A DNA stretch of 50,190 bases from a virus. This document shows positions 1 to 8,183 of this stretch, in pieces (the stretch's first letter is position 1; each line of letters starts with the position of its first letter). The stretch is from UHGV virus genome UHGV-0011768, one strand, 5' to 3'. The notes under the pieces were generated by a model. It made no database searches. It saw only the letters and a list, made by a program, of their open reading frames with translations, and was not told where the DNA came from. The position numbers and the translations under genes are program-made.

Positions 1-77
1 ATGTGAGCCCTGATGTTATCGCTATACCAGTTCCCAGGATCACCTTTACTGCCCGGCGCCCAATTTCGGAAAAACTG
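1..77. repeat. Terminal inverted repeat, copy B (exact reverse complement of 50114..50190)
   Basis: Read directly: bases 1-77 are the perfect reverse complement of 50114-50190; identity breaks at 78/50113. Repeat runs to the window edge so true length may be larger. Confidence 0.9.
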
Positions 78-119
78 CTGGTTAACACAAATAAACAATA
101 TGTTCCAAAGGATAGAGAT

Positions 120-695
120 ATGCCTTCCATTCCGATGATGTACACTTTTGACCCGCATACCCGTGTCCATACTGGGAGCCGTCCTGCCCAGGTGGTGGGC
201 GGCAAGGCGTTGACGCAAAGCTCCTATGCCACCACGATGCCGCCGCCTGCCTCGATCCCGGAAGGCCACGTAGCCCGCTGGACAGGGACAGCCTGGGAAA
301 CGGTAGAAGACCACCGCCAGCATATGGATAGCAAAGGTACCAAAACCGGCGGCACACCATACTGGCTGCCCGCCAAAGGTGATGACTGGCAGAGCCCACC
401 CCGCTACACCGATGATCTGGGGCCGCTTCCTTCCGGCGCTGTCACGGTGCGCCCGGAAAAGCCAGCGCCGACGGAAGCAGAGCTTTTTCAACAGCTCCGC
501 GCCGAGCGTGACCGGCGCCTGTCCGCCACGGACTACCTGTTGATGCCGGACTACCCGCTGAATGATACGCTCAAGGGGGCTGTGCAGCTCTACCGTCAGG
601 CCCTTCGGGATCTCCCGGCCCAGTCCGGTGCGCCCTGGGATGGCGGTGGCGAGGCCACGCCGTGGCCGGAGCTGCCTGCCGATCTCAAGGCATAG
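120..695 (+). CDS. tfa: Tail fibre assembly chaperone (lambda Tfa / Mu U family), 191 aa
   Basis: ATG at 120 preceded by AAGGA 7 nt upstream. Recognisable similarity to lambda Tfa (VEDHRQ, DLGPLPSG, W..L..W motifs and conserved C-terminal region). The listed ORF 3..695 opens inside the inverted repeat; the internal ATG gives a Tfa-sized product. Confidence 0.75.
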   Translation: MPSIPMMYTFDPHTRVHTGSRPAQVVGGKALTQSSYATTMPPPASIPEGHVARWTGTAWETVEDHRQHMDSKGTKTGGTPYWLPAKGDDWQSPPRYTDDLGPLPSGAVTVRPEKPAPTEAELFQQLRAERDRRLSATDYLLMPDYPLNDTLKGAVQLYRQALRDLPAQSGAPWDGGGEATPWPELPADLKA

Positions 696-776
696 GTAGC
701 AGGGCATGAGGATGCAGCATGACCGCGTGAAGCACGGCGCGCTGGGTAAATGTCGCCAATGATATCATCAAAAAAA

Positions 777-812
777 GGCCCCATTCACGACAGGATGGGG
801 CCTTTCCTTTTT
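777..812. terminator. Rho-independent terminator, probably bidirectional
   Basis: GGCCCCA-12 nt loop-TGGGGCC stem followed by TTTCCTTTTT; A-run on the upstream side so it also works on the minus strand after int. Confidence 0.7.
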
Positions 813-891
813 GGTTTCGGCAGGTTGCAACTATGTCGTCTGGCTTAATAGTCGAATCAGTGGAAAAGAGAGAGGGTGGGGAGGAGGCGGG

Positions 892-1116
892 ATGTGCCCG
901 TGGGCACATAGTTGGGAAGGGGATTAGGCCAAATTGGGCACATTTGGCACATTTTTAATTTGAAAAGATATGTTATTTCAATATGTTAATATGCAGAAAC
1001 GGGGCCATGCTGGCCCAGCGGCTTTACAAGATGGCTATATTTTTATTCATTGTTTTCAGTATGTTGCGATGCGCCGTCTCTGCACCCTGTTTTGGGCACA
1101 TGCAGCTTGGGCACAT
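892..1116. repeat. Putative attP: TGGGCACAT arm-type repeats flanking an AT-rich core
   Basis: TGGGCACAT at 901, 935, 945 (variant), 1094 and 1108. Inverted copy ATGTGCCC at 892-899 forming a palindrome with 902-909. AT-rich 955-1075 with ATATGTTA x2. The two right-hand copies lie within the int 3' end. Confidence 0.4.
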
Positions 1117-2185
1117 CTGAGATGCTGGGGAGTGCCTCGACCGCGGCCCTTTTCTGCTTGTCCATCACATACTGGTAATGGGTCAGGAGCATCGTTGGGT
1201 TGCTGTGTCCCATGAGGCTTGCCACAGTGCCCACGTCCACACCGGCCGCGACCATCTCCGTGCCGAAGGCATGGCGCAGATCATAGGGGCGGATACGGCG
1301 GGTTATTCCGGCCCGGCACAGGGTATTCGTCCATGCCCTGCATATCCTGTCCAGAGGCCTGCCGTTGTAGCTGACAAGGTAGTCCACGCCTTCTTGCCTG
1401 TCCTGATCGCGCCATGCCTGGAATACGGGCAGGAGGCTTTCCCGGATAGGCACCTCACGCCACGGCGCTTCCAGGTTTTTCTTGGCCCCGTGGACGCGCA
1501 AGACGCGGCGTTCCAGGTCAACGTCTTCCCATGTCAGGGAAAGGAGCTCCGAGCGCCCTACACGCACGCCAAGCTGGGCCCCAAGGATGATGACCCTGAT
1601 GATATGCGGAGAGGCATGGGCTAGGATGGCGTGCAGCTCTTCTGGTGTCGGCGGTATGAACTTCTCATAGTGAGCCGGCGGCAGCTTGGGGAAGACCACG
1701 GCATCACAGAAGCCGTTGGTGTGGCACCAGCGCAAAACGCTTTTCAGGACCTTGATGTAGTCCCTGACGGTGACGGCCTTGATCGGTCTTTGCCGGAGCT
1801 TTTCTACCACGGCTTCGATGTCCCTTGTGGTGATCTGGGTTATCGGTGTGGCTCCTAGGAGCTCCAAGGGGGTACGCATGCACTTCATTTGCCATTGCAG
1901 CCCGACCTTGGTAAACTGCTTCTGCTTCAGGTAGGCAAGGTAGCATGTCTCCAGTGTGAGTTCCTGGGGAGCTTCTTCCTGCTCTTCGCTTTCTCCTTTC
2001 TCCCTTTCGAACGATTCCCTGTCAAACCTGATACGGTGTTTGATCAGGGAATCGTGCTTTTCAGCTTCTCGCTTCGTCAAAAAATTCGCGCACTCCCGCT
2101 TCCCGGTGATGGGATTGTTCCAGTAGCATTGCCACGGTGAGGCGCGGCCCTTCCGTTCACGTATGGCCATGATGTCCTCCATCAC
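1043..2185 (-). CDS. int: Tyrosine integrase (phage integrase family)
   Basis: 380 aa. C-terminal catalytic region with R...HxxR...Y context (YDLRHAFGTEMVAAGVD...LMGHSNPTMLLTHYQYV). GTG/ATG start at 2185/2182. Confidence 0.9.
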   Translation of the reverse strand: MMEDIMAIRERKGRASPWQCYWNNPITGKRECANFLTKREAEKHDSLIKHRIRFDRESFEREKGESEEQEEAPQELTLETCYLAYLKQKQFTKVGLQWQMKCMRTPLELLGATPITQITTRDIEAVVEKLRQRPIKAVTVRDYIKVLKSVLRWCHTNGFCDAVVFPKLPPAHYEKFIPPTPEELHAILAHASPHIIRVIILGAQLGVRVGRSELLSLTWEDVDLERRVLRVHGAKKNLEAPWREVPIRESLLPVFQAWRDQDRQEGVDYLVSYNGRPLDRICRAWTNTLCRAGITRRIRPYDLRHAFGTEMVAAGVDVGTVASLMGHSNPTMLLTHYQYVMDKQKRAAVEALPSISDVPKLHVPKTGCRDGASQHTENNE

Positions 2186-2209
2186 GCGCCAAATGTGCCC
2201 GGAGGTAGG

Positions 2210-2506
2210 CTACTGGACACATTGGCCTGTGGTCAATCGGTAGATGTCGTCCGTGCTCATGCCTGCCAGACCGCAGACAGGCTTCGGACATGGGCGACGG
2301 GTTGTCTTCGGTTTGGGCTGGGCTTCGCTGTACATGTCGCGCATAGCTTGCTGTACGGCTGATTCCAGCCAGCGCAGGCCACGGCTGCGTCCGGCGCCGA
2401 GGTCGATAGGGTGGATTCCCTTGCCTGCCAGAATGGAAGCGGCCACACCGGGGGAAGTCCCCAGCATGGCCGCAATGTCTCGCTTGCCGATGAGACGGTC
2501 AGTCAT
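2210..2506 (-). CDS. xis: AlpA/Xis-like excisionase or transcriptional regulator
   Basis: Start at MTDRLIGKRDIAAMLG (AGGAG RBS upstream). HTH of the AlpA/excisionase type, immediately upstream of int. The longer listed ORF 2210..2620 has an implausible G/P/R-rich N-terminus. Confidence 0.6.
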   Translation of the reverse strand: MTDRLIGKRDIAAMLGTSPGVAASILAGKGIHPIDLGAGRSRGLRWLESAVQQAMRDMYSEAQPKPKTTRRPCPKPVCGLAGMSTDDIYRLTTGQCVQ

Positions 2507-2735
2507 GGGCGTGGCTCCTGTATCGCCGCTCCGGGCAGCCCTGGCAGTCCACGGAGTTGGGCGTGATCTCGTTGCGGCGGGGGAGGGAGTTCCAGGCCTG
2601 AACGGCATTCTCTGCCCCATAAAGATGCGGCCCTGTCATCCGGCAACCTCTACACAAAATATAATTTTTCCCGAACCCGTACTCGATGATGACGTCCGTG
2701 CATCCGCAATGCGGGCAGGGCTTCAATTCGCCCAT
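2499..2735 (-). CDS. Lar-family restriction-alleviation-like Zn-ribbon protein
   Basis: 78 aa. CPHCG...CRGC four-Cys ribbon. Strong AAGGAGG RBS. Start codon abuts the stop of the upstream paralog. Confidence 0.6.
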   Translation of the reverse strand: MGELKPCPHCGCTDVIIEYGFGKNYILCRGCRMTGPHLYGAENAVQAWNSLPRRNEITPNSVDCQGCPERRYRSHAHD

Positions 2736-3077
2736 TTATTCTCCCTCCTTCGGTGGCGGAATGATAGGGCCAGCCCATCTTGTCCCATCTTGGCTTTTTT
2801 TACCGTGAGTAAAGCCGCAAATGTAGACAAAACCTGGAATACCTTTTCCGCCCTTCGTCTCAAAATAGTAGCCAACTTCCTTGATTTCATCACTCCATTC
2901 AAGTTTCCGGGGCAGATTGTTCCAAGCTTCGGATGCGGCCTCTCTTCCGTAGATCTCAGGCCCCTGCATCCGGCAGTTGTAGCAGCGCACATAGTGATCC
3001 TCGTAGACGCTGTTCCAGTATACTTGCAGGTCAGTGCTGCCGCAGGCCGGGCATGGTTTGAGCTTGGGGCTATCCAT
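2736..3077 (-). CDS. Lar-family Zn-ribbon protein, paralog 2
   Basis: 113 aa. CPACG...CYNC ribbon, then extended C-terminus. Tandem paralog of 2499..2735. Confidence 0.6.
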   Translation of the reverse strand: MDSPKLKPCPACGSTDLQVYWNSVYEDHYVRCYNCRMQGPEIYGREAASEAWNNLPRKLEWSDEIKEVGYYFETKGGKGIPGFVYICGFTHGKKSQDGTRWAGPIIPPPKEGE

Positions 3078-3522
3078 GACGTTCTTCCTCCTCCACGGCC
3101 TTGCGGGCGCCCTCTTTCATCTCGTCTTCTGCTTTGGTGATTACATGCTGCATGGCATCTTTCTTCGTCTGGAACGTTTCTCCATGCGCAGACCACCAGC
3201 CTTCCACGGTCTGGCATACTGACCTGGATACAAGGTGTGCAAGCATGTCTTCCAGCCGCTTCACCTCAGCCCGCAGCCGCAGGATTTCCTCGATGTCTGC
3301 CCGCACCACATCGGGGGAGCTGGCGGCGATATGGGCGGCATTTGCTTGCGGGTCGCCTGAGCATCCCCATTCAGTGAAGCAGATGCACGTCGCATCGTTG
3401 TCTTCAGGGCTTTTTTTCGTACCCACAATAGCCGCAAGGGTATGATACCACGGCCCCTGCGTAGCCTTCTCGGCCAGCTTCAGCCGTTCGCGCAGGGCGG
3501 CCTCGCTGCGGTTATTCGGCAT
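3070..3522 (-). CDS. ead/Ea22-like protein
   Basis: 150 aa. GPWY...NAAHIAASSPDVVRADIEEILRLRAEVKRLE motif typical of the lambdoid ead/Ea22 family. Confidence 0.6.
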   Translation of the reverse strand: MPNNRSEAALRERLKLAEKATQGPWYHTLAAIVGTKKSPEDNDATCICFTEWGCSGDPQANAAHIAASSPDVVRADIEEILRLRAEVKRLEDMLAHLVSRSVCQTVEGWWSAHGETFQTKKDAMQHVITKAEDEMKEGARKAVEEEERHG

Positions 3523-3952
3523 TGCTCACCTCTCTGTTGGCCTCGTCGAGCCACGACTGGGCGGCTTCGTCTTTCGTGGGATATGCTCCATACTCGCCGC
3601 CGTAGTATGCTCTCCCCGCAGGCCCAGGCAAGACCAGGCGCTCTGCAAGGTATCGAGACACCCTTTTTAGTCGCTCCACCTCGGCCAGCAGGCGGGCAAT
3701 GTCGGAAGGGGCGTTGGCGATGAAAGCTGCGTCTGCCTCGCTTTTGATACCACCTGCATCCTCTCCGAGTTCTACAGCATCCAAAACTTCGGGAGCATCG
3801 CTATCATCAAACAGCCTCTTGTTCGTGATCCCCATTCGATGGCGGACGCCAGACCTGCAGAAGGCTATCCACGGCCACTCGGTTATGGCCGCAAGCCTGC
3901 CCTTGATCGCGTCCAGCTCTTCGTCGGTCATCGGCTTGTGTTTGTCGCTCAT
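3512..3952 (-). CDS. ead/Ea22-like protein, paralog 2
   Basis: Start MSDKHKPM chosen (ATGA overlap with upstream stop). EWPW...DAAFIANAPSDIARLLAEVERLKR motif. Confidence 0.55.
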   Translation of the reverse strand: MSDKHKPMTDEELDAIKGRLAAITEWPWIAFCRSGVRHRMGITNKRLFDDSDAPEVLDAVELGEDAGGIKSEADAAFIANAPSDIARLLAEVERLKRVSRYLAERLVLPGPAGRAYYGGEYGAYPTKDEAAQSWLDEANREVSNAE

Positions 3953-4584
3953 GCCACAAGCTCCTCGTAAATCTTGTCGCCTTCCTCGTCGCATCCGGGG
4001 CACATTTCCATCATCCCCTCAACCCATTTGCCGGACAGCCTGCGCAGCTTCCGCCAGTCCGGCGTGCTGGTGTAGTTGGGGCACAGTCCGGCGGCGCCGC
4101 AGATCATCAAGTCCGCAGCGCAGAACAGGGCGGCCCAGCGGTCTACTTTTTCCGAGGGGTCGGAAGGGAAGCGGTAGCTCTCGTACATGGCATCGCAGGC
4201 CGCATGGAGGTCTCGTTGTGCGCCTGCCGAAGTCCTGCGTTTGCGGATGGGGGTCCCGCAGGCTTCGATGATTTCCCGCATTTCGTCGAGGTGGCTCAGG
4301 ACTTTGGGCTGATCTTCGACCAGGGGCCGGAACTGGTGGAGCAAGGCATCCAGCATGGTCAGGGCCACGATGGCACGCGTATGCTGGAAAGCATCTCTCG
4401 GCAGCGTCACCGGCCCGATGTCGTAGGGCATGGTGTCCGCAAACTTGCCGCGCGTCGTCCAGATGGCGCCGCAGGATTTGCAGCGGATGACTGCGGTGCC
4501 GTCGCCGGGCTTGCTGCAAACCTCCCAGCGGCGGGAGGTGATGGGTGCCCGGCGTTCCGGGCACTGGCATGATTTGACTGGCAT
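3949..4584 (-). CDS. Hypothetical Cys-rich protein (N- and C-terminal CxxC pairs)
   Basis: 211 aa ORF in the operon. CQCP...CKSCG and CPGCDEEG motifs. No family recognised. Confidence 0.5.
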   Translation of the reverse strand: MPVKSCQCPERRAPITSRRWEVCSKPGDGTAVIRCKSCGAIWTTRGKFADTMPYDIGPVTLPRDAFQHTRAIVALTMLDALLHQFRPLVEDQPKVLSHLDEMREIIEACGTPIRKRRTSAGAQRDLHAACDAMYESYRFPSDPSEKVDRWAALFCAADLMICGAAGLCPNYTSTPDWRKLRRLSGKWVEGMMEMCPGCDEEGDKIYEELVA

Positions 4585-4586
4585 GG

Positions 4587-5123
4587 CTACCTCCCTGTGC
4601 TGCCATAGCCCTTTGCCCCGCGCTCAGTTTGGGAAAGCTCGGGGACTTCCACGAATTCGACCTGTTCCAGTTGCATGGGCAGCCTGTAGGCTATCTCCAT
4701 ATCCTGACGCACCTTCTGTGTGGGCACCACGCACGGCTGGATGATGAGCTGGGCGATTCTGTCGCCCGGCTTGTAGGGGTGCATGAGCCCCGTCTTTCCG
4801 GGGAACAGGGGGTGCAGGGCCAGACGGCGGGCGTGTTGGTCGCCGGGGACTTCGCGGAACATGACAAGGATGCTGCCCCGGTAGTCACTATCCACGACGG
4901 TAACGCCGCCGCACTTCTCAAGCCCTGTGAAAAAGATGCTGGAGCGGGCGTAGATTCCTCCCCAGTAGCCGGAGGGTATTTCCAAGGCCAGCCCCGTGTC
5001 GTAGATGTAGATATCTGCTGCGCGGCGCAGGCTGACCGCGGTCAAGTCGAAACCGGCGGCCCCGGCGCTGCCACGGGTGGGGATGACGGCGTCTGGATGG
5101 GTTTTGGTGAATTTGATTTGCAT
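4587..5123 (-). CDS. dut: dUTP diphosphatase (trimeric dUTPase)
   Basis: All five dUTPase motifs readable: AGFDL, ARSS, VVDSDYRGSI, GDRIAQLII, RGAKGYGSTGR. Confidence 0.9.
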   Translation of the reverse strand: MQIKFTKTHPDAVIPTRGSAGAAGFDLTAVSLRRAADIYIYDTGLALEIPSGYWGGIYARSSIFFTGLEKCGGVTVVDSDYRGSILVMFREVPGDQHARRLALHPLFPGKTGLMHPYKPGDRIAQLIIQPCVVPTQKVRQDMEIAYRLPMQLEQVEFVEVPELSQTERGAKGYGSTGR

Positions 5124-5140
5124 GGAGCCTCCTTGGGCAA

Positions 5141-5165
5141 CAAAAAAGGCCGCACGGGGCGGCCT
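5141..5165 (-). terminator. Rho-independent terminator (minus strand) after Bro-N gene
   Basis: Minus-strand reading: AGGCCGCCCCGTGCGGCCTTTTTTG. Confidence 0.55.
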
Positions 5166-5202
5166 GTTGGGTTGGGGTGGTGGGTGTACGGAAAGCCGCG
5201 GG

Positions 5203-6054
5203 CTACATGCGGGCGGCTATGAGCGTTGTCTTTGCGGTGCGCTCAAGGACGGCGATATTGTGGCCGATGGCCCCGGCGGCGTCCTCCATGCTGTAGATGG
5301 AGGCAAGAGCAAGCTCCCGGCGGTCGCCGGGCGTCCGCAGGTCGGGCCTGCCCTTGCGGGCGCTGCGGGAAATATTGAAGATCTCATCCATATGCACGTT
5401 GAGCTGGCGGACAAGGCCGCGCATGGCGGCGCAGTGGGCCTCTATCTCAAGCTCCGCATTGGCCGGTACGGCGGCTGCGGTCTTGGTGGGGTAGCTTTTC
5501 ATCTGCATCTCGATGAGGTAGTCCCGCGCCTCCGGCATGCGGCAGGCGGGGAGTTGGGCGTATTCGGCGATTTTGAAGTGCCGGTTGAAGCGCGTCCAGA
5601 TCTCGGCCCGCGCCTTGCCCTGGACATCCGCCGGAGCGGTGGAGAGCTTGGCGTCCACGATGGCCTTGAGCTCGGCGCGCAGGGCGGGGGTGAGGGGGCC
5701 GTCGGTGGTGGGCTGGGGTTGGGGGGCGGGATGGTCGGAAGCGGCCAGCATATCCAGAACATCCAGAACCCACTTTCTGAACGCCTTTGCCACGGGTGTG
5801 CGGGCAAACATCGCCAGCAGGTGGCACCCCCTCAGCGAGAAGATGCGTGTGTCCTGCGGGCCGCCCTCCGTGGGCAGGGTGACAACCGCCGTCATGGCGT
5901 CGTTAAATTCGTCGGCGTGGGATTCGTAAAGCTTAGCAATTGAGATGCTCCCTTTTGTGTAGCCCAAGGCTTCCCCGATTTGGGGAGACCTTACCCACGG
6001 CTGATTGTTGCGGTCGATGACATCAAACTGGACGTCGTTGAAGGTGAGTTCCAT
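5203..6054 (-). CDS. Bro-N domain protein (antirepressor-like), paralog 1
   Basis: N-terminal Bro-N (FNDVQFDVI...WVRSPQIGEALGY). Shares RIFSLRGCHLLAMFARTPVAKAFRKWVLDVLD block with 32886..33773. Confidence 0.7.
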   Translation of the reverse strand: MELTFNDVQFDVIDRNNQPWVRSPQIGEALGYTKGSISIAKLYESHADEFNDAMTAVVTLPTEGGPQDTRIFSLRGCHLLAMFARTPVAKAFRKWVLDVLDMLAASDHPAPQPQPTTDGPLTPALRAELKAIVDAKLSTAPADVQGKARAEIWTRFNRHFKIAEYAQLPACRMPEARDYLIEMQMKSYPTKTAAAVPANAELEIEAHCAAMRGLVRQLNVHMDEIFNISRSARKGRPDLRTPGDRRELALASIYSMEDAAGAIGHNIAVLERTAKTTLIAARM

Positions 6055-6282
6055 GTACTTGCTCCTAGTGAGGTTGACGATTTTTGAGCAACAAAAAAGG
6101 CCCCAGACTTGTCAACGGTCACTAGGCCGCCCCCATGCCTCACGACATGAGGAGTCTGGAGCCAATATGTGCAGAAAGACCACGCTTTCCGAACGGCTCA
6201 AAAAACGAAAACCTCCGTTGAGGCGGGAGGAGCGCCCTAGTGATTGTTGACGCCCCCACCATGCCGCAGGCCGGGGCCGGTG

Positions 6283-6609
6283 TCAAGCGTCCATTTCAGC
6301 CTCGGCTGCGAGGCGGGCGAACATCAGCATGGTGCCCCTGTCGGGAAGGAAACCGTCCGACACTTCCTTGCACTGATAGGCTTTTTCGTATTGGTACATC
6401 AGCCATTTCTGGACGCGGGCCTCGAACTCGGCAGCGTCGCGGAAGTCATGCTCGGTGAGCGGGCAACGGCTGTCATCGTCACAGTGACCGAGGTACGGAT
6501 CACGCTCAACGTTGAATTGCTCGCAGTGCGGGCAGAAGAAGGCATCGAATGCCATTTCATTTGCTGCCCGCCGCTCCAGCCAGTCCTTTTCCTTCTCACT
6601 CAGCGCCAT
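6283..6609 (-). CDS. Hypothetical protein
   Basis: 108 aa ORF, CPHCEQ..HCDDDSRC motif, in-operon position. Confidence 0.4.
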   Translation of the reverse strand: MALSEKEKDWLERRAANEMAFDAFFCPHCEQFNVERDPYLGHCDDDSRCPLTEHDFRDAAEFEARVQKWLMYQYEKAYQCKEVSDGFLPDRGTMLMFARLAAEAEMDA

Positions 6610-6790
6610 GCGGAGCCTCCTTCATCATCACCGCCCGCGCGGCATCGCAGGTGTGGCCTTTCTTCGCGGCCACCCCCCACTTGAGGCACTGCACCCGTCC
6701 GGCACCGGCCCGCATGAGGCCGTAGATGCACCAGCGGCAGGGCGTCTCCGCCTTGCGGGCGCGGCGGTAGTTGTGGTTTGTGTTGGTCAT
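6596..6790 (-). CDS. Hypothetical small Cys protein
   Basis: 64 aa, CRWC..C..C. 14-nt overlap with downstream gene. Confidence 0.35.
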   Translation of the reverse strand: MTNTNHNYRRARKAETPCRWCIYGLMRAGAGRVQCLKWGVAAKKGHTCDAARAVMMKEAPHGAE

Positions 6791-6945
6791 ATCGTTTGCT
6801 TTGGCTGCTCATCAGGCCGTGGCCGCCACGCCACGACGACGCCCCAGGGAGGGGCGTTTCGCTTGTGTCACATGGATTTGCAGCAATCCCTTTTGTTGCT
6901 CAAAAAACGGGCTTTGAGTTGACACAAGGCCCGTTCAACGGAGGG

Positions 6946-7662
6946 CTAGGCGATAACGTTCAGTCCGTCCACGGCGTTCTGCATGAACTGCTTGATGTTG
7001 GCCATAGCCTCGCTGCGCCACGCGCCGCCGTCGGATTCCACCAGCATGAAGTGCATCCCGTCCTTGTCCTGGGCGCGGAAGACAAAGCTGCTGGCGGGCT
7101 GCTCCACTTCCGTAAAAGTGCGGAAGGGACGCAGAGTGACGGGGTTGGGCATCGTGGTATTCTCCACGCTGACGAGGTTCTTGCGGACGGTGACGCCCTG
7201 GGTCACGCCATCATCGGACAGCGTGTTTTCCAACGTGGTCTTGACGTTCGCGGCGAATTTCAGGACAAGGCCGCGATCCGTGGGCGTGGGGGCTTCATCA
7301 GTGAAGCAAGCCTGAAGGGCGATGCAGAACGATTCAGCAGGAACCCATTTGTTGAACGGGAGCTCGATCTGGTCGAGCTTGGCAATGATGTAGGTCTTGC
7401 GGTCTTCATGGTCGCCCACAAGGGCGGACTTGATGCTCACGGTATCAGGGGATTCGACGTGGCAGATGAGCTTATCCAGGGGAAGGTCGTCCACATTGCG
7501 ACTCAGGAAGTCCACCAGGGACGACAGGTTTTTCACCGTGATCGCTTCGGGCTTGGGCTCACGGACGGGTTTCAGGTCGCTGGTGGAATATTTTTTGCCG
7601 TCGACTTCGACAATAACGGGCTTGGCGTCCTTGCGGATGGCGTTATACAGGGCTTCCAGCAT
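6946..7662 (-). CDS. Hypothetical protein (possibly DUF2303/YfdQ-like)
   Basis: 238 aa. Strong AAGGAGG RBS. Family assignment is from memory and weak. Confidence 0.5.
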   Translation of the reverse strand: MLEALYNAIRKDAKPVIVEVDGKKYSTSDLKPVREPKPEAITVKNLSSLVDFLSRNVDDLPLDKLICHVESPDTVSIKSALVGDHEDRKTYIIAKLDQIELPFNKWVPAESFCIALQACFTDEAPTPTDRGLVLKFAANVKTTLENTLSDDGVTQGVTVRKNLVSVENTTMPNPVTLRPFRTFTEVEQPASSFVFRAQDKDGMHFMLVESDGGAWRSEAMANIKQFMQNAVDGLNVIA

Positions 7663-7679
7663 AGTTTTTCCTCCTTGGT

Positions 7680-8066
7680 CTAGTTGCCGGCACTGGCGGT
7701 TTTGGCATCAGGGAAACGGGTAATCTTCCCGTTCATGTGGACTTCCACATCAGGCAGGAGATTCTGGTTGGGATCCTCGTCGCTGGTGATCTCCGACGCG
7801 GCGACTTCGCCGGTCCTGGGATCGTTGCCGATGTAGATGCTGGTTTCCAGCGGTTCCGGCGGGCAGAGGGTGGACGAGGTGTTGACAACGACTTCCGCCA
7901 TATTGCGCTGCTCGTTGGGTTTGACCACGAGCTCCAATTTGATCTTGCGGACCTTCTTGGCCGGAGTGTTGGGGTCGCAGATGTTGGCGATGACGCGCTG
8001 GATCTCTTCCTGGAGCCGTTCAACGGCTCCTCCGCCGTACAGGGTTTCGATTTTCAGAGGAATCAT
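7680..8066 (-). CDS. Hypothetical protein
   Basis: Start MIPLKIE with AAGGAGA RBS immediately after a terminator. 128 aa. Confidence 0.5.
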   Translation of the reverse strand: MIPLKIETLYGGGAVERLQEEIQRVIANICDPNTPAKKVRKIKLELVVKPNEQRNMAEVVVNTSSTLCPPEPLETSIYIGNDPRTGEVAASEITSDEDPNQNLLPDVEVHMNGKITRFPDAKTASAGN

Positions 8067-8081
8067 GCATGTCTCCTTGAT

Positions 8082-8120
8082 AAAAAAGGCCGCCCTCAAG
8101 ATGAGAGCGGCCTGTATTTG
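8082..8120 (-). terminator. Rho-independent terminator (minus strand)
   Basis: Minus strand GGCCGCTCTCATCTTGAGGGCGGCC followed by TTTTTT. Confidence 0.65.
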
Positions 8121-8183
8121 TTGGATGGATGCCGGGTACGAGGCCCCCGGCGGGGCGCTTGGGGGAGGGAGGATGGCTGAAAG

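Noticed and set aside
5077-7683. Plus-strand ORFs 5077..5943 and 6778..7683
   Set aside because: Both are antisense to minus-strand early-operon genes with RBSs and recognisable domains; composition is Gly/Ala/Arg-biased.
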